Source of the DNA: a virus | DNA: 64,000 nucleotides | IMG/VR virus record: IMGVR_UViG_3300046029_000094 | Direction: 5' to 3' (one strand) | Shown: positions 29,921 to 40,027 of the stretch, piece by piece | How the letters are laid out: each line of letters opens with the position of its first letter | Numbering within the stretch: position 1 is the stretch's first letter | Translations under genes and position numbers: made by a program | The notes under the pieces: model-generated | The model's input: only the letters and a program-made list of their open reading frames with translations | The model's database searches: none | Told to the model about the DNA's origin: nothing

Positions 29921-30295
29921 TTATCCCTTCTTTGCGATTTTGCGTTTAATTTCTTTGGTAATTTGATTGATCAGATTTTCCGAACCCATTTTATCTATAA
30001 CGCCCTGATCTATTTGAATTTTAACCCCATCGATATGATCAATTACGAGGGTAGGGGTGTTTTCATCCGCGCATTCAATTTTGTCCTTAATTATATCCAG
30101 CGATGAAACACCGTTTTTCTTAAGAGCAGAATAAACCTGCAACGCATGAATGTGATCAGGCCCATAACGCGCCCAACGTTTTTGTCCAGAAGGTTCTGGA
30201 ACGACACCTTCAGAAATAAGGTAGCGGATATTTCTACGAGGAACTCCGGATAGATTCACCAGTTCATCAATTGTTATTTCGTCATCATCTGGCAT
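29921..30295 (-). CDS. MerR-family HTH regulator
   Basis: TIDELVNLSGVPRRNIRYLISEGVVPEP....WARYG; directly upstream of the VIT-vWA gene. Confidence 0.85.
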   Translation of the reverse strand: MPDDDEITIDELVNLSGVPRRNIRYLISEGVVPEPSGQKRWARYGPDHIHALQVYSALKKNGVSSLDIIKDKIECADENTPTLVIDHIDGVKIQIDQGVIDKMGSENLINQITKEIKRKIAKKG

Positions 30296-30521
30296 TTTCA
30301 GTCCATCAATACGTCTAATAGACAGTATGGTGTCGCATAGAATTATCGGCGTCAATAATAAAAGACAGTTGACTGTCGTTTAGAAATAAAAATGTAAAAA
30401 AATAAGACAGGCCAAGCGTTTTTAAACGTGAAAGCTAGTGCATAATTTTTTTATTTCGGAAAAATTGATTCAATCCACGATATGTATATAATTACTCTCC
30501 ATACAATCTAGAGCTTATAAT

Positions 30522-31892
30522 ATGCGCATCAAACCCATCATATTCGGCATAACCACTGTTAGCGCTCTTATAGCCAGCATTACAGCTTCAAATGCAGATT
30601 CAAAATTCTATTTTAGAAAAATGCCCGTCTTACTGGAACTTAAAAACAGCAGCAACGGCGATAAAATCGAAATTGTGTTCAACGAATTCACGTCAAATGC
30701 TATATACCTTAATAAGGAAATGTCTCCAATTCACTTATCTTCCTTGGTATCCATCGTTGGAAACAAACCAGTCTCAGCCAATGAGATTGATTTCACTGTG
30801 ACAGGACTGCCAGAAGGCGTAACCCTAAATAACGGTATAATATCTGGTACACCAACACAGAAATCCAATGCAACGGTTACTATTACTGCATCCCATAGTG
30901 ATGCAAAAAACCAAGTCAGCACTAGCTTTGATCTGACTGTATACAATGAACAAATCGATTGTTACGACAGTAAAAATATCGGCAAAGTAGGCACTGGACC
31001 AGAGTGCAGAGACATGCTCATTGTTGACCGCAACAGGTTATGGAATGCTGCACACAATAGCGGCGCAATTGAACTCGATGGTGTCGAATACACTTTATCA
31101 CAGAGCGAACACAAGATGTTTACAGGACAGGTGACCGATATGTCCTGGTTGTTTCAAGATACCGATTTCAATGGAGATATCTCCTATTGGGACACATCAA
31201 ATGTTACAAACATGGCAGGCATGTTTTATAATGCCAACGTATTCAATCAACCTATTGGAAATTGGGACGTCTCTAGCGTAACAGACATCTCATCAATGTT
31301 CTTTCAAGCTGAATCTTTTAATCAAACGTTGAACAATTGGAACACTGCCAATGTTCAAAACATGACTTCAGTATTTTTTTACGCGAAAAAATTCAATCAA
31401 CCAATTGGTAACTGGAACACATCGAACGTAACGTCAATGGCCAGCATGTTCGGCGGCGGATATGCATTTAATCAACCGATTGGCAACTGGAATACATCTA
31501 AAGTGACAAACATGAAGGGAATGTTTTTAGGAGCCTACGAATTCAATCAAACAATTAATAATTGGGACACGTCTAATGTAAAAGATATGAGCGACTTATT
31601 TTATGCAGCAACTTCATTTAATAAGCCCCTTAGCGATTGGAATACAAGCAAAGTAGAAACCATGTACAGCATGTTTTACGGAGCCAGTTCATTCAATCAG
31701 CCTATCGGTGACTGGAACGTGTCTAACGTCCAAACCATGACAACCATGTTTTATGATGCAACCGCATTTAACAGCGATCTAAGTTGCTGGAATGTACAGC
31801 ATATATCGGCAGCACCATCGTCATTTGACGGCATGACCCCATCTTGGGAAGCAGAACGCAAACCGCGCTGGGGGCAGACACCTAGTTGCTGA
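30522..31892 (+). CDS. BspA/DUF285 repeat surface protein with an Ig-like (He_PIG-type) domain
   Basis: Signal peptide; GLPEGVTLNNGIISGTPT; nine 25-aa W[DN].S.V..M..MF....FNQ.I repeats; KPRWG end. Confidence 0.9.
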   Translation: MRIKPIIFGITTVSALIASITASNADSKFYFRKMPVLLELKNSSNGDKIEIVFNEFTSNAIYLNKEMSPIHLSSLVSIVGNKPVSANEIDFTVTGLPEGVTLNNGIISGTPTQKSNATVTITASHSDAKNQVSTSFDLTVYNEQIDCYDSKNIGKVGTGPECRDMLIVDRNRLWNAAHNSGAIELDGVEYTLSQSEHKMFTGQVTDMSWLFQDTDFNGDISYWDTSNVTNMAGMFYNANVFNQPIGNWDVSSVTDISSMFFQAESFNQTLNNWNTANVQNMTSVFFYAKKFNQPIGNWNTSNVTSMASMFGGGYAFNQPIGNWNTSKVTNMKGMFLGAYEFNQTINNWDTSNVKDMSDLFYAATSFNKPLSDWNTSKVETMYSMFYGASSFNQPIGDWNVSNVQTMTTMFYDATAFNSDLSCWNVQHISAAPSSFDGMTPSWEAERKPRWGQTPSC

Positions 31893-31977
31893 GGTAAGCG
31901 AGATTGGTTGAAGCATCTTATCAAGCCACCTCAACCAAGTTTCGCTCTAAATTAAGTGGAAATTCAGGATAATCCGT

Positions 31978-32409
31978 TTATAGTTCAGTGTAAGAGATGC
32001 AAAAATTGTGAAATTCCTCATAATCAGCACCATAACTTGTATAAGGACTTTTCCTATCCGATGTACGGTATATTTTTCTGAGAACCTTGCCACTTATAGC
32101 GTTGTAAATGGTTAATCCGGCTTCAGTGTCATTTGCGGCGCAGGTCGCAGTTCCGTAACATTTTGCGTTCTGAATGCTGATGCCAGTGTCGATGCGTCGG
32201 ATAGCTTTGCAATCAATCTCTTTTTGGCTAGTCATCACCTGATGTATTTTCATGGCTTCTAGCGGATAACGCTCTTTATCTTTTATTGCATCAAAACAAA
32301 CAATGCCGATTGCCAAGACAAAAGCAGCCACAATCAATAACACTACACAAATCTCAGTTTTACTTATATCTCGTTCGGTTTCTTGCGACATTAAAATATT
32401 TCCTTTCAA
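31978..32409 (-). CDS. hypothetical single-TM protein
   Basis: Hydrophobic N-terminal segment; Cys-containing ectodomain. Confidence 0.6.
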   Translation of the reverse strand: MKGNILMSQETERDISKTEICVVLLIVAAFVLAIGIVCFDAIKDKERYPLEAMKIHQVMTSQKEIDCKAIRRIDTGISIQNAKCYGTATCAANDTEAGLTIYNAISGKVLRKIYRTSDRKSPYTSYGADYEEFHNFCISYTEL

Positions 32410-32485
32410 ATCCGTTTCAGAATGAACATTTCATGATTGGCCAACATTTTATTCAAACTGTAAATAATATAGTTTGTAACCTTGC

Positions 32486-32743
32486 CTACCAGTCTGTGCC
32501 ATTCTTCTTGGTTAGCTTATCAAGCTGAAGCAACGTCTGCGCCGAGTGACTATTCCCATCGACAAGGTTGTTTAAAAGCAGGGCAACGATATCCGCAGTC
32601 GTTTCATCCTTATACATGGCGTACATGTTTTCTTCTGGATAGTCATTGCGGTCGAACCACTGTACGTGAGCGACTGTAAACTTTCGATTGGTCGATGCCC
32701 ATAAAACCAAATATTTCACATCATTATCTTCATCTGCAGCCAT
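32486..32743 (-). CDS. hypothetical protein
   Basis: 85 aa, in a co-oriented run after smpB. Confidence 0.6.
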   Translation of the reverse strand: MAADEDNDVKYLVLWASTNRKFTVAHVQWFDRNDYPEENMYAMYKDETTADIVALLLNNLVDGNSHSAQTLLQLDKLTKKNGTDW

Positions 32744-32756
32744 TATTAAATCCCTT

Positions 32757-33041
32757 TTACAACGCCCACGGTGAAGTGGATTTTCTCTTTTCCTTTTCCT
32801 CAGCAGTCAGGCGTTCAAAGGCGACACCTTCCAACTCTCGTTGCAGAATTGCATTCGTCGCATCTGCTGGATGAAGTTCACGGCCAACATAGGTGCCAAA
32901 GCGATCAATCAGATATCCATTGCCTTCGTCATCGATAAGAAGGCCAGCCACATTAGCCTTACAAAATTGTAAGCGTGCGATTGTCGCGCCGATAACATCG
33001 TTATTTGCGACCTTGATCCGTTCACACTCCATACCTTGCAC
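32757..33041 (-). CDS. hypothetical protein
   Basis: GTG start immediately after the smpB stop, AAGGAG RBS. Confidence 0.55.
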   Translation of the reverse strand: MQGMECERIKVANNDVIGATIARLQFCKANVAGLLIDDEGNGYLIDRFGTYVGRELHPADATNAILQRELEGVAFERLTAEEKEKRKSTSPWAL

Positions 33042-33044
33042 TCC

Positions 33045-33509
33045 TTAACTATTAGCCTTGAGAAGACGCGACTTCTCGCGTTGCCAATCACGTTTCTTAT
33101 CCGCTTCGCGCTTGTCGTGGTTCTTGCGCCCTTTTACGATGGCAAGCTCCACCTTTGCACGACCTTTTTCATTGAAATAGATCTTCAATGGAACAAGGGT
33201 CATGCCCTCACGGGCAACCGCATTCTGCATCTTGTTAATTTCATGACGGCTTAGCAGCACTTTGCGATGGCGACGTGGATCGTGATTAAACCGATTGCCT
33301 TGTGTATATTCTGGAACATAAGAATTAATGATCCAGATTTCGTTACCTTCAGGGCTTGCATAGGATTCGGCGATGTTTGGAGACCCATTCCGCAAGGATT
33401 TGACTTCTGTTCCAGTCAGCACAATTCCCGCTTCAAAAGTTTCAATGATTTCATAGTTGTGCCGAGCCTTGCGATTTTCGGCGACAATCTTCGTCTTAAG
33501 AGCGGTCAT
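33045..33509 (-). CDS. smpB: SsrA-binding protein SmpB
   Basis: [28 protein letters not shown]...[21 protein letters not shown], basic C-terminal tail. Confidence 0.97.
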   Translation of the reverse strand: MTALKTKIVAENRKARHNYEIIETFEAGIVLTGTEVKSLRNGSPNIAESYASPEGNEIWIINSYVPEYTQGNRFNHDPRRHRKVLLSRHEINKMQNAVAREGMTLVPLKIYFNEKGRAKVELAIVKGRKNHDKREADKKRDWQREKSRLLKANS

Positions 33510-33786
33510 AGCTTTAATTCCTCATAATTCTTGCTGAAATTAATAACGTATTTTCACATAATTACAACATTTTATTTGATGTCTTATTTTGATTTGGCTA
33601 TTTAAGTTTCTCCAATATTTAAATGTTGCAATTAATCATATCGGATTTTGTTTTATGCGTCTGAACGACGTTTCATAGTACGAACGGCACGGGAATGACA
33701 ATGATAAGGAAAATTGAACTCATATTTTAAGTCTCATGCAGAACACCTGATTAATAACGCACACCATTAAATGTTAGGAAGCCAAT

Positions 33787-34812
33787 ATGGGTATTTCATA
33801 TCTCTCCGATGCCGTCACTGGTCGTTGCTTGTCTGAAGACGAACCAGCTATTGCTGTGGTCATTAAACCTACGACTGGCGGGTATCCAGACGCCGTGGCA
33901 ACTGCTGCAAAGCCTGCACTCTTTTCACAGGATCGCTTTACGGCTGTTTCCTTGCTTTTGCGGGGCAATGCTGGCGAATATGGGAATTTCATCCCTGACG
34001 AAGGCCAAGTGTCACTAAAAATGCTTCTGGGCGCGTTCAAGAAGGACAATTGGGATTCTTTTGCATCGGAAGCATTTGGATACGTTGATGACGGAAATGG
34101 CATCGCATTGCCTACCATCAAGTTCAACAAAGATTTACCCGACGAGATGGCGTATCTCGGAGTTTATGTCATTGCTGAAAGCACTTATCATAACATTATC
34201 TCGAAAAATTTCGGATTCACGACTGCCGATGAAATTAATACGGTTTTCGAGATGCTCGTAGATGCCAAACTGCGGTTTAAAGATGGGGACGACAAGTTCT
34301 ATAATGCATCTACCTTCAGAGGTTATTACGAAGATAATTATGGTTTCCTCGACGGACGCGAAGTTCCGGTTCCTGGGCTATTCGGTATTTTAGAATCCGG
34401 CAGAGGTTGGTGCGATCTCAGTTACGAACAGAAACTGGCCATTGATCGTGCGGTCGAAACAGTGCGCACAGATTTAACCGACGCCGTAGCTGATGATAAA
34501 TTTCGAGATACGCTCGTTGCGCTTGCCGATTATCGGCATTTTATGGCTGGTCTTTACGTACATGACTTGGTTCTAACACCTTCAAGCAATGGCGGTCAGG
34601 GACGCAATCCTCTTACGGCTGCATCATTCCAAGCGGCCAACCTTCTTTCAACACTGGACTTCATTAACAAGAATGAACGGTTTGGCCCGGACTACAAGGA
34701 CGAGCCACCGAAAGGCCTCGATGAACTTCGATCAAAACTCGAAGCTGCGATTGCAACTATCGACGGATACGAGGCAAAGTTCGATGAACACGCAAACAGG
34801 AACGGCATGTAA
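33787..34812 (+). CDS. hypothetical protein (...DEHANRNGM)
   Basis: 341 aa, AGGA RBS. Confidence 0.75.
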   Translation: MGISYLSDAVTGRCLSEDEPAIAVVIKPTTGGYPDAVATAAKPALFSQDRFTAVSLLLRGNAGEYGNFIPDEGQVSLKMLLGAFKKDNWDSFASEAFGYVDDGNGIALPTIKFNKDLPDEMAYLGVYVIAESTYHNIISKNFGFTTADEINTVFEMLVDAKLRFKDGDDKFYNASTFRGYYEDNYGFLDGREVPVPGLFGILESGRGWCDLSYEQKLAIDRAVETVRTDLTDAVADDKFRDTLVALADYRHFMAGLYVHDLVLTPSSNGGQGRNPLTAASFQAANLLSTLDFINKNERFGPDYKDEPPKGLDELRSKLEAAIATIDGYEAKFDEHANRNGM

Positions 34813-34829
34813 CTAGATGGACTAATATT

Positions 34830-34855
34830 AAAAGGCTACGAAATCGTAGCCTTTT
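34830..34855. terminator. bidirectional intrinsic terminator
   Basis: AAAAGGCTACG-AAAT-CGTAGCCTTTT. Confidence 0.75.
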
Positions 34856-34864
34856 ATGAAGCCA

Positions 34865-35221
34865 TCATTGACTCTTCTGATACGGCTTCGCGGAGCTATA
34901 CTTGTTCCAATCGTATTCTAATTCTTCAACTACGACAGACATTGCTCCACGAGAGATCAACGCTGCTTGAAGCGCTTTAGCCATACCTCTTGGAGTTAGA
35001 TAGCCGAAAGTTTCGTTGGCTAAATCGTAATGCCATCCGCCATGACAGCCAGGATAAAAGTCATCAAAGTTCCCGGTCATAACAACGACGTCATCAACAC
35101 TGACTGTCGCCATTCGAACCGACTTATCAAACCTTAGTAAGATCGTTACATCTTTTCCCTCGAACGCAATCAAGTCGTTTAAGTGATCAATTTTCTCACA
35201 TTTTTGATCGATCTCAGACAT
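34865..35221 (-). CDS. hypothetical protein
   Basis: 118 aa, coupled to the upstream ORF. Confidence 0.65.
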   Translation of the reverse strand: MSEIDQKCEKIDHLNDLIAFEGKDVTILLRFDKSVRMATVSVDDVVVMTGNFDDFYPGCHGGWHYDLANETFGYLTPRGMAKALQAALISRGAMSVVVEELEYDWNKYSSAKPYQKSQ

Positions 35222-35222
35222 T

Positions 35223-35582
35223 TTAAATCTCGCGTGCCTGTTCGACGGTCAAAACGCTGACATTGTGCCCTTGTGCAGAATACGCTTTTTCAGCATCAGC
35301 TCGTGAATAGAAAAGTGCGACGCCTTCTAAAAGCTGTTTTGAAGGAACAAGATAGGTCCGGTTGACAAACCTCATTCCTTCGGCGCTTTCTTGCGCTAAA
35401 ATATAAACATCGCTGTTATTTTGAAGAGCTTCGGAGACTTCCTCAGGATGGGCAAGCGATGATAGTAGAAACGCGCTTGCTAGTGAACGCATCATCGGCT
35501 CTTCAGCATATGCAAAATCATTTTCAATTCTAATACCTTTCAGTATTCGATCAGAAGCAATGTAGAGATCATTAATCTTCAT
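35223..35582 (-). CDS. hypothetical protein
   Basis: 119 aa, ATGA overlap with the upstream small ORF. Confidence 0.65.
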   Translation of the reverse strand: MKINDLYIASDRILKGIRIENDFAYAEEPMMRSLASAFLLSSLAHPEEVSEALQNNSDVYILAQESAEGMRFVNRTYLVPSKQLLEGVALFYSRADAEKAYSAQGHNVSVLTVEQAREI

Positions 35583-35728
35583 TTATGAGTATCCTTTGGA
35601 GAGAAAATTTTCGCGATCAGAGTTTTTATAGCAGACCTCAAAGGAGCAAGCGTATAGACGTCATCCACTCCACGCTTAAAGGGCTTTTTGTAAAAATAAA
35701 TCGTATTATTTTCATACTTTCGCAGCAT
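35579..35728 (-). CDS. 49-aa hypothetical protein
   Basis: AGGAGG RBS before ATG 35728; coupled stop/start. Confidence 0.45.
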   Translation of the reverse strand: MLRKYENNTIYFYKKPFKRGVDDVYTLAPLRSAIKTLIAKIFSPKDTHK

Positions 35729-35813
35729 AATCCCTCCTAATAAAAAGGAGCCTATTTCGAATGAAACAGCTCCTTGAATTATGTACGACAAATCATATTT
35801 CGCAATAAAATAA

Positions 35814-36188
35814 TTATAGTGCAGGAGATGCTGCTGGTTCGCATGCCAATGCCTCGGCAATCGTCACAACACGCGCATAAATTTCACCAATACTGTCAAT
35901 TTCTTCATTGAGATAATAGTTATCGCAACCGATTTTTGGTTCTCCTAAACTATCATCAAATGGAGCAAATGTTTTACCGTCCGTAGTAAGAACATAAATA
36001 TTTCCCTCCACTTCCTTGATAATCATAGACACATCAGAATCTGCATATATTGCATCATGAAGATCCGCCGACCCTGAAACTAGTTCTTTAATAAATGCAG
36101 CGGACACATTCTGTTCACGTTGCGATACTTCAGTTTTCTCACCTTTGACAATTGATAATGTAAGTTGGCGTAAGTCGGTTGCCTTCAT
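35814..36188 (-). CDS. hypothetical protein (...CEPAASPAL)
   Basis: Start chosen at MKATD after GGAG. Confidence 0.65.
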   Translation of the reverse strand: MKATDLRQLTLSIVKGEKTEVSQREQNVSAAFIKELVSGSADLHDAIYADSDVSMIIKEVEGNIYVLTTDGKTFAPFDDSLGEPKIGCDNYYLNEEIDSIGEIYARVVTIAEALACEPAASPAL

Positions 36189-36273
36189 TTTTATGCTCCA
36201 GTTTTTCGTATCTAGTTTCACGATTTCAAAAGCATTTATCAAGGTTTCAGTTTGCTAGTGACACGATTATTAT

Positions 36274-36702
36274 GTGATCAGCGTAACAGGAAATTTAATA
36301 ATGGCGATGGATCGAATTCAAATGATGGAACATGCCCGCATTATGGGCGACTGTAACGATGAACAGATTCCTATTGAGGACTTTGAGTGGTCCGAAATAG
36401 ATTTATCTGTCGAAGCTCTTTTAAAGATCATGTCCCGCGAAAAATGGGACGAATTCTGGCTTGAGGAACTCGATATCGCAAAAAACGACCTCGATGACGA
36501 AATGCGATGGTCCTGTCTAGCAGTCGAGGATATTCAGGAGCCTATAATCATCGTCCAGAAAGATGATGGCATCTATTCGATATGGGACGGCTGGCACCGC
36601 AGTGCAGCAACCGTTGTGACGGGCAGGGCGGCGATCAAGGCTATCTTTGGGAGGCATTGCACATTGAATGATGAATTTAAACCAAGTGCAATGCTCAGGT
36701 AA
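36274..36702 (+). CDS. ParB/Srx N-terminal-like domain protein
   Basis: EPIII......Y.IWDGWHR..A motif. Confidence 0.65.
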   Translation: MISVTGNLIMAMDRIQMMEHARIMGDCNDEQIPIEDFEWSEIDLSVEALLKIMSREKWDEFWLEELDIAKNDLDDEMRWSCLAVEDIQEPIIIVQKDDGIYSIWDGWHRSAATVVTGRAAIKAIFGRHCTLNDEFKPSAMLR

Positions 36703-36773
36703 AAAGCCGAAACGTCAGTCTCGGCTTAAACTTCACTATATAATGGCATTAAATCTTAAGACCGCCACCTTAT

Positions 36774-37409
36774 TTACATCCCAGGTACACTTGGAGCGTC
36801 TTCTTCTGGCTTCACTAGTTCATCTGTCACCGCGTCGAACTCAGGAAAACCGGGATCGAGATCGGCGTCTCTATCAAAATCAAGAATATCCGCACCTGCT
36901 TCACGAGCAGATTTAATTATGGATATTATACCGTCAGAGAGACCTGCTTCTTTTAGTTCGTCATCAGTTCCAGCCGACTTAACATCAATTATCCAACCAT
37001 ATCCATGACCATATACTTTCAGAGGGGCAGGGACGTTAGAGCCAGTCAAATCCTCCAGAATATGGTAATCCATAAGCCTTAAATGTCCCGTAGAGAGGTC
37101 AACAAAAGGCTTCGTAGTTGGCACCGCAGGCCCGTCCTTGCTGATTTCCAGATAGAAAGACCCGTCTTCGGCGGCCTTCGTCATTATGCTGACCAGTTCT
37201 GCCGAAATCCCAAATCGGCTTCCTGGCGTCTCGTTTTCGACCGCAAATCCACCTATCGCTACGATCAAATCACCATCTTTGCCTTGATGAACACGAATAG
37301 GATTTTCATCGCTTTTACGATTTCCCATTGTCTTCAAAACATCGATATCTTTTGCCAATACTGCATTCGTCGCCAATGCAACGTTTGTGTTTATTTTTTC
37401 AAAGGCCAT
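36774..37409 (-). CDS. hypothetical protein with C-terminal DUF5983-like region
   Basis: YGWII...GLS......I..AR..G.D.L.FD.DA pattern; ends ...EEDAPSVPGM. Confidence 0.65.
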   Translation of the reverse strand: MAFEKINTNVALATNAVLAKDIDVLKTMGNRKSDENPIRVHQGKDGDLIVAIGGFAVENETPGSRFGISAELVSIMTKAAEDGSFYLEISKDGPAVPTTKPFVDLSTGHLRLMDYHILEDLTGSNVPAPLKVYGHGYGWIIDVKSAGTDDELKEAGLSDGIISIIKSAREAGADILDFDRDADLDPGFPEFDAVTDELVKPEEDAPSVPGM

Positions 37410-37538
37410 AATTTTCTCCTGATGGCGACAACCTAATTCTGATCACCAAGATAACCTGCAGAATTGCAAGCTAGAACAGCATCAAAGAGATTTCCCCTGC
37501 AGATAACGTCATGCCATTGAACGGATATTTATAAACTT

Positions 37539-37569
37539 CGAGGGAGGTATTCTCAAACTACCTCCCTCG
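37539..37569 (-). terminator. hairpin, likely terminator downstream of the second TerD-domain gene
   Basis: CGAGGGAGGTA / TACCTCCCTCG 11-bp perfect stem. Confidence 0.5.
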
Positions 37570-37731
37570 GGATCCCGACAACTCTTCAAACTATCGTTTT
37601 ATCCGCTATACCAACCGGATCGCACATGCGACGGTGAGAGTACCTCCCAGTCGATAAGCACTCCTCTAGGCCAAATAATACTGGCTTTTATTTTTAGTGG
37701 TCAACCACACGAATCAAAAAACCAGTAAATG

Positions 37732-39885
37732 TCATGCTGTCGTTGATGATTTTGCCTTCAGAATTTCCTCGATGTCGATCTGCTCGACATTGTTGTCAGC
37801 ATTGAGCCGCTTGAACACGTATGCCGGACCATTGATCTCCAGACCTTCGTCATTTGAGACAACTGGAATTCCCTTGTCGTTGACCGCATGGCCAAAGAGT
37901 TCTGCAATCGACGGCAGCGTGTCCAGATGCTCCACGATGGAAGGCATCATCCTGGACAATCTTTTCTCATTGTCGCGAGCGGATTGAACGGAACCACTCA
38001 AGCCGATGTCAAGATACACCAGTTTGCGCTCGATCAGATCGATATAGGCGACGAACTTGGTCAGAGCCTTGCCTGTGATTGGGAACACCATCTGAGCGCG
38101 CGACGGCTCATAGATTGCGCCAGTCTCGGCATCTTCCCCCCATTGCAGCGAGGCAACGACATCTTTTGCGTCCGAGAACATGATGTTGCTGTAAGCCAAA
38201 ATGTTCCAGACTGCGTATCGGACGCCTTTTTCGATCAATTCCTGCGGGTATAGGTCTATCATCTGGCAAGCACGACCTTTCAGCTCCTTGGCGTTTGTCG
38301 GATCACCAGAAAATACACAACCTGGATTCTGTGGATTTTTACTTCCCCAATGCCTTCCATCACCGAAAGGATTAACAGAATTCCAGCAGACCGATCCCTT
38401 CGGTGACCAGTCATGGCCGAAGAAATTAAAGCCATTATCGAACCAGACGTGACCATACTTCCGGTCGTTTTGCCAATAGCTTGCCGTACGCATGAAGGTA
38501 ACGCCCTGCGGAATGTCGAAGACCGTGCCACGACCATACGGAGCCAGCTCCTGACCGTTCCCCTGCAGCTTCACGTTCAGTGTATCAGCGGCCACTGCGA
38601 AACCGTCAGGATGGAGGCCCTTGAGACGCCTACCAATCTCGGCCGAGATAGCGCTACGGATGAACGATAAGTCTTCCTGAGCGACATGAGCCTTTTTATT
38701 GTCGATGACCTGAGCCTTCGCCCATGATCCAGAAGGTGTCACGATGTACGTCTTACGGGAGTTAACTGACGACAGATAGCCGTCTAGTTTGACAAGCTGT
38801 GAAACTGATAAATTACCAATCACCGAAACAAACATTTCCAGCGCCGCACGACCAAAGATAGCGTAGGTCTTGTGCAGACGGCGCATAAACTCGCCAGGAC
38901 GCGTCTTAAGAACCTTAAGAACAGCGACATCCTTATTCAGCAAGCCAACTTCGATGGCTGTAGCCACGGTCTTAAGCTCACCCTTGTAGAGCCGATCATA
39001 AGCAGCCTTAACCTTGTCGAATTTGAACTCACCTGGACGAATGAACGACAACAGACGCTTCCAACGTTCGGCGCGTAGCGCGAAGTCCCCTTCGAGGTTG
39101 GACGCCCCATCAAGAAGCGAGACCAGAAGACGGCGTTCAGAACGCGAGAACTTGCGGAACTTGCTGACTGTGCGCAGCGACACATCGATATCCGACAGGG
39201 CTGCGGCAAGACGCATGACGTCAGTCGCGGTCGAAACCTTGACCGAGCGTTCGCCATTCAGGACGGCCGACCACGCCGAGGCAATCAGTTTTATGCCATT
39301 CGTCTTCTGCGTGAAAGCATCAAGATCGATAATCGCTGACGGATAGGACTTCATCAAGAATCCTGCCTGTTCCTTCTGGAAATCGGTCCAGTCAGACGAC
39401 TGCTTGGTGAGCTTGTTGAAAATATTGAGGCGTGTCTCGTCGTCCGCCAGATCGAGGACCTTTGGTGAAATCTTTTCGTAGATAGGCTCGCGAGGCTCTT
39501 TTTCTTCGGTGAAGAGTTCGTTCGGCAAGCCCCAGTACATTAAAATCTGCTTTAGCCAATATTCGCCTTCGCTCATTGAAAGAACTTCCTTGGGGAAATT
39601 CTTGTAGACGACGAACTTTCCCATCTTACGGTCGGCAGCGGTGACGTATTTGAAAGCTGGCTTGAGCTTAGCCCAGAGTTCAACGAGATCAACATCTGTT
39701 AGAGCAGACATTGCATCAACGATTGCCTTAGAAGGAACAAAACCAAAATAAGCCATATTGGAGACAATGGTGCCAATTGCGATTTCATTGCCCGAGCGCG
39801 GAGCGCCTTCGGGTACGTCGATGAAACCATTCTGCAGAAGCAGGATTGCGTCACTCATCTTGATGGCTTGATTGGTCTTTTTCAT
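37732..39885 (-). CDS. second large TerD-domain protein (paralogue of 16432-18612, lacking the RING-like motif)
   Basis: ATDVMRLAA.LS..D.SL, RPGEFMRRL, PYGRGT, FSGDPTNA...ACQMIDL, YEPS; same domain order as copy 1. Confidence 0.8.
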   Translation of the reverse strand: MKKTNQAIKMSDAILLLQNGFIDVPEGAPRSGNEIAIGTIVSNMAYFGFVPSKAIVDAMSALTDVDLVELWAKLKPAFKYVTAADRKMGKFVVYKNFPKEVLSMSEGEYWLKQILMYWGLPNELFTEEKEPREPIYEKISPKVLDLADDETRLNIFNKLTKQSSDWTDFQKEQAGFLMKSYPSAIIDLDAFTQKTNGIKLIASAWSAVLNGERSVKVSTATDVMRLAAALSDIDVSLRTVSKFRKFSRSERRLLVSLLDGASNLEGDFALRAERWKRLLSFIRPGEFKFDKVKAAYDRLYKGELKTVATAIEVGLLNKDVAVLKVLKTRPGEFMRRLHKTYAIFGRAALEMFVSVIGNLSVSQLVKLDGYLSSVNSRKTYIVTPSGSWAKAQVIDNKKAHVAQEDLSFIRSAISAEIGRRLKGLHPDGFAVAADTLNVKLQGNGQELAPYGRGTVFDIPQGVTFMRTASYWQNDRKYGHVWFDNGFNFFGHDWSPKGSVCWNSVNPFGDGRHWGSKNPQNPGCVFSGDPTNAKELKGRACQMIDLYPQELIEKGVRYAVWNILAYSNIMFSDAKDVVASLQWGEDAETGAIYEPSRAQMVFPITGKALTKFVAYIDLIERKLVYLDIGLSGSVQSARDNEKRLSRMMPSIVEHLDTLPSIAELFGHAVNDKGIPVVSNDEGLEINGPAYVFKRLNADNNVEQIDIEEILKAKSSTTA

Positions 39886-39920
39886 TTATCGCTCCTTTTT
39901 ACAGGCCGACCGCGCGAAAT

Positions 39921-39944
39921 GAAAAATGGCACTCGAAAGTGCCA
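39921..39944 (-). terminator. intrinsic terminator/attenuator between motif copy 3 and the CDS
   Basis: Minus strand TGGCACT-TTCG-AGTGCCA-TTTTTC. Confidence 0.65.
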
Positions 39945-39955
39945 CAATCATTAGA

Positions 39956-40022
39956 GCAACGGAAAGCGGGAACGGTGTTTCGTTTTCAATGTGAATAGAA
40001 GGAACCACACCCATGGCCGTTG
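39956..40022 (-). ncRNA. candidate small RNA, motif copy 3
   Basis: Closing stem AACGG/CCGTT; core ATGGGTGTGGTTCCTTCT (39997-40014, minus); starts a few bases after the promoter. Confidence 0.55.
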
Positions 40023-40027
40023 ATGTT

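Noticed and set aside
31140..31800. Periodic 75-bp DNA repeats as a CRISPR or satellite
   Set aside because: They are the in-frame 25-aa DUF285/BspA coding repeats.
33510..33786. tmRNA next to smpB
   Set aside because: No tRNA-Ala-like acceptor or T-arm ends visible here or in other intergenic regions by eye; an ARAGORN run would be needed to exclude it fully.
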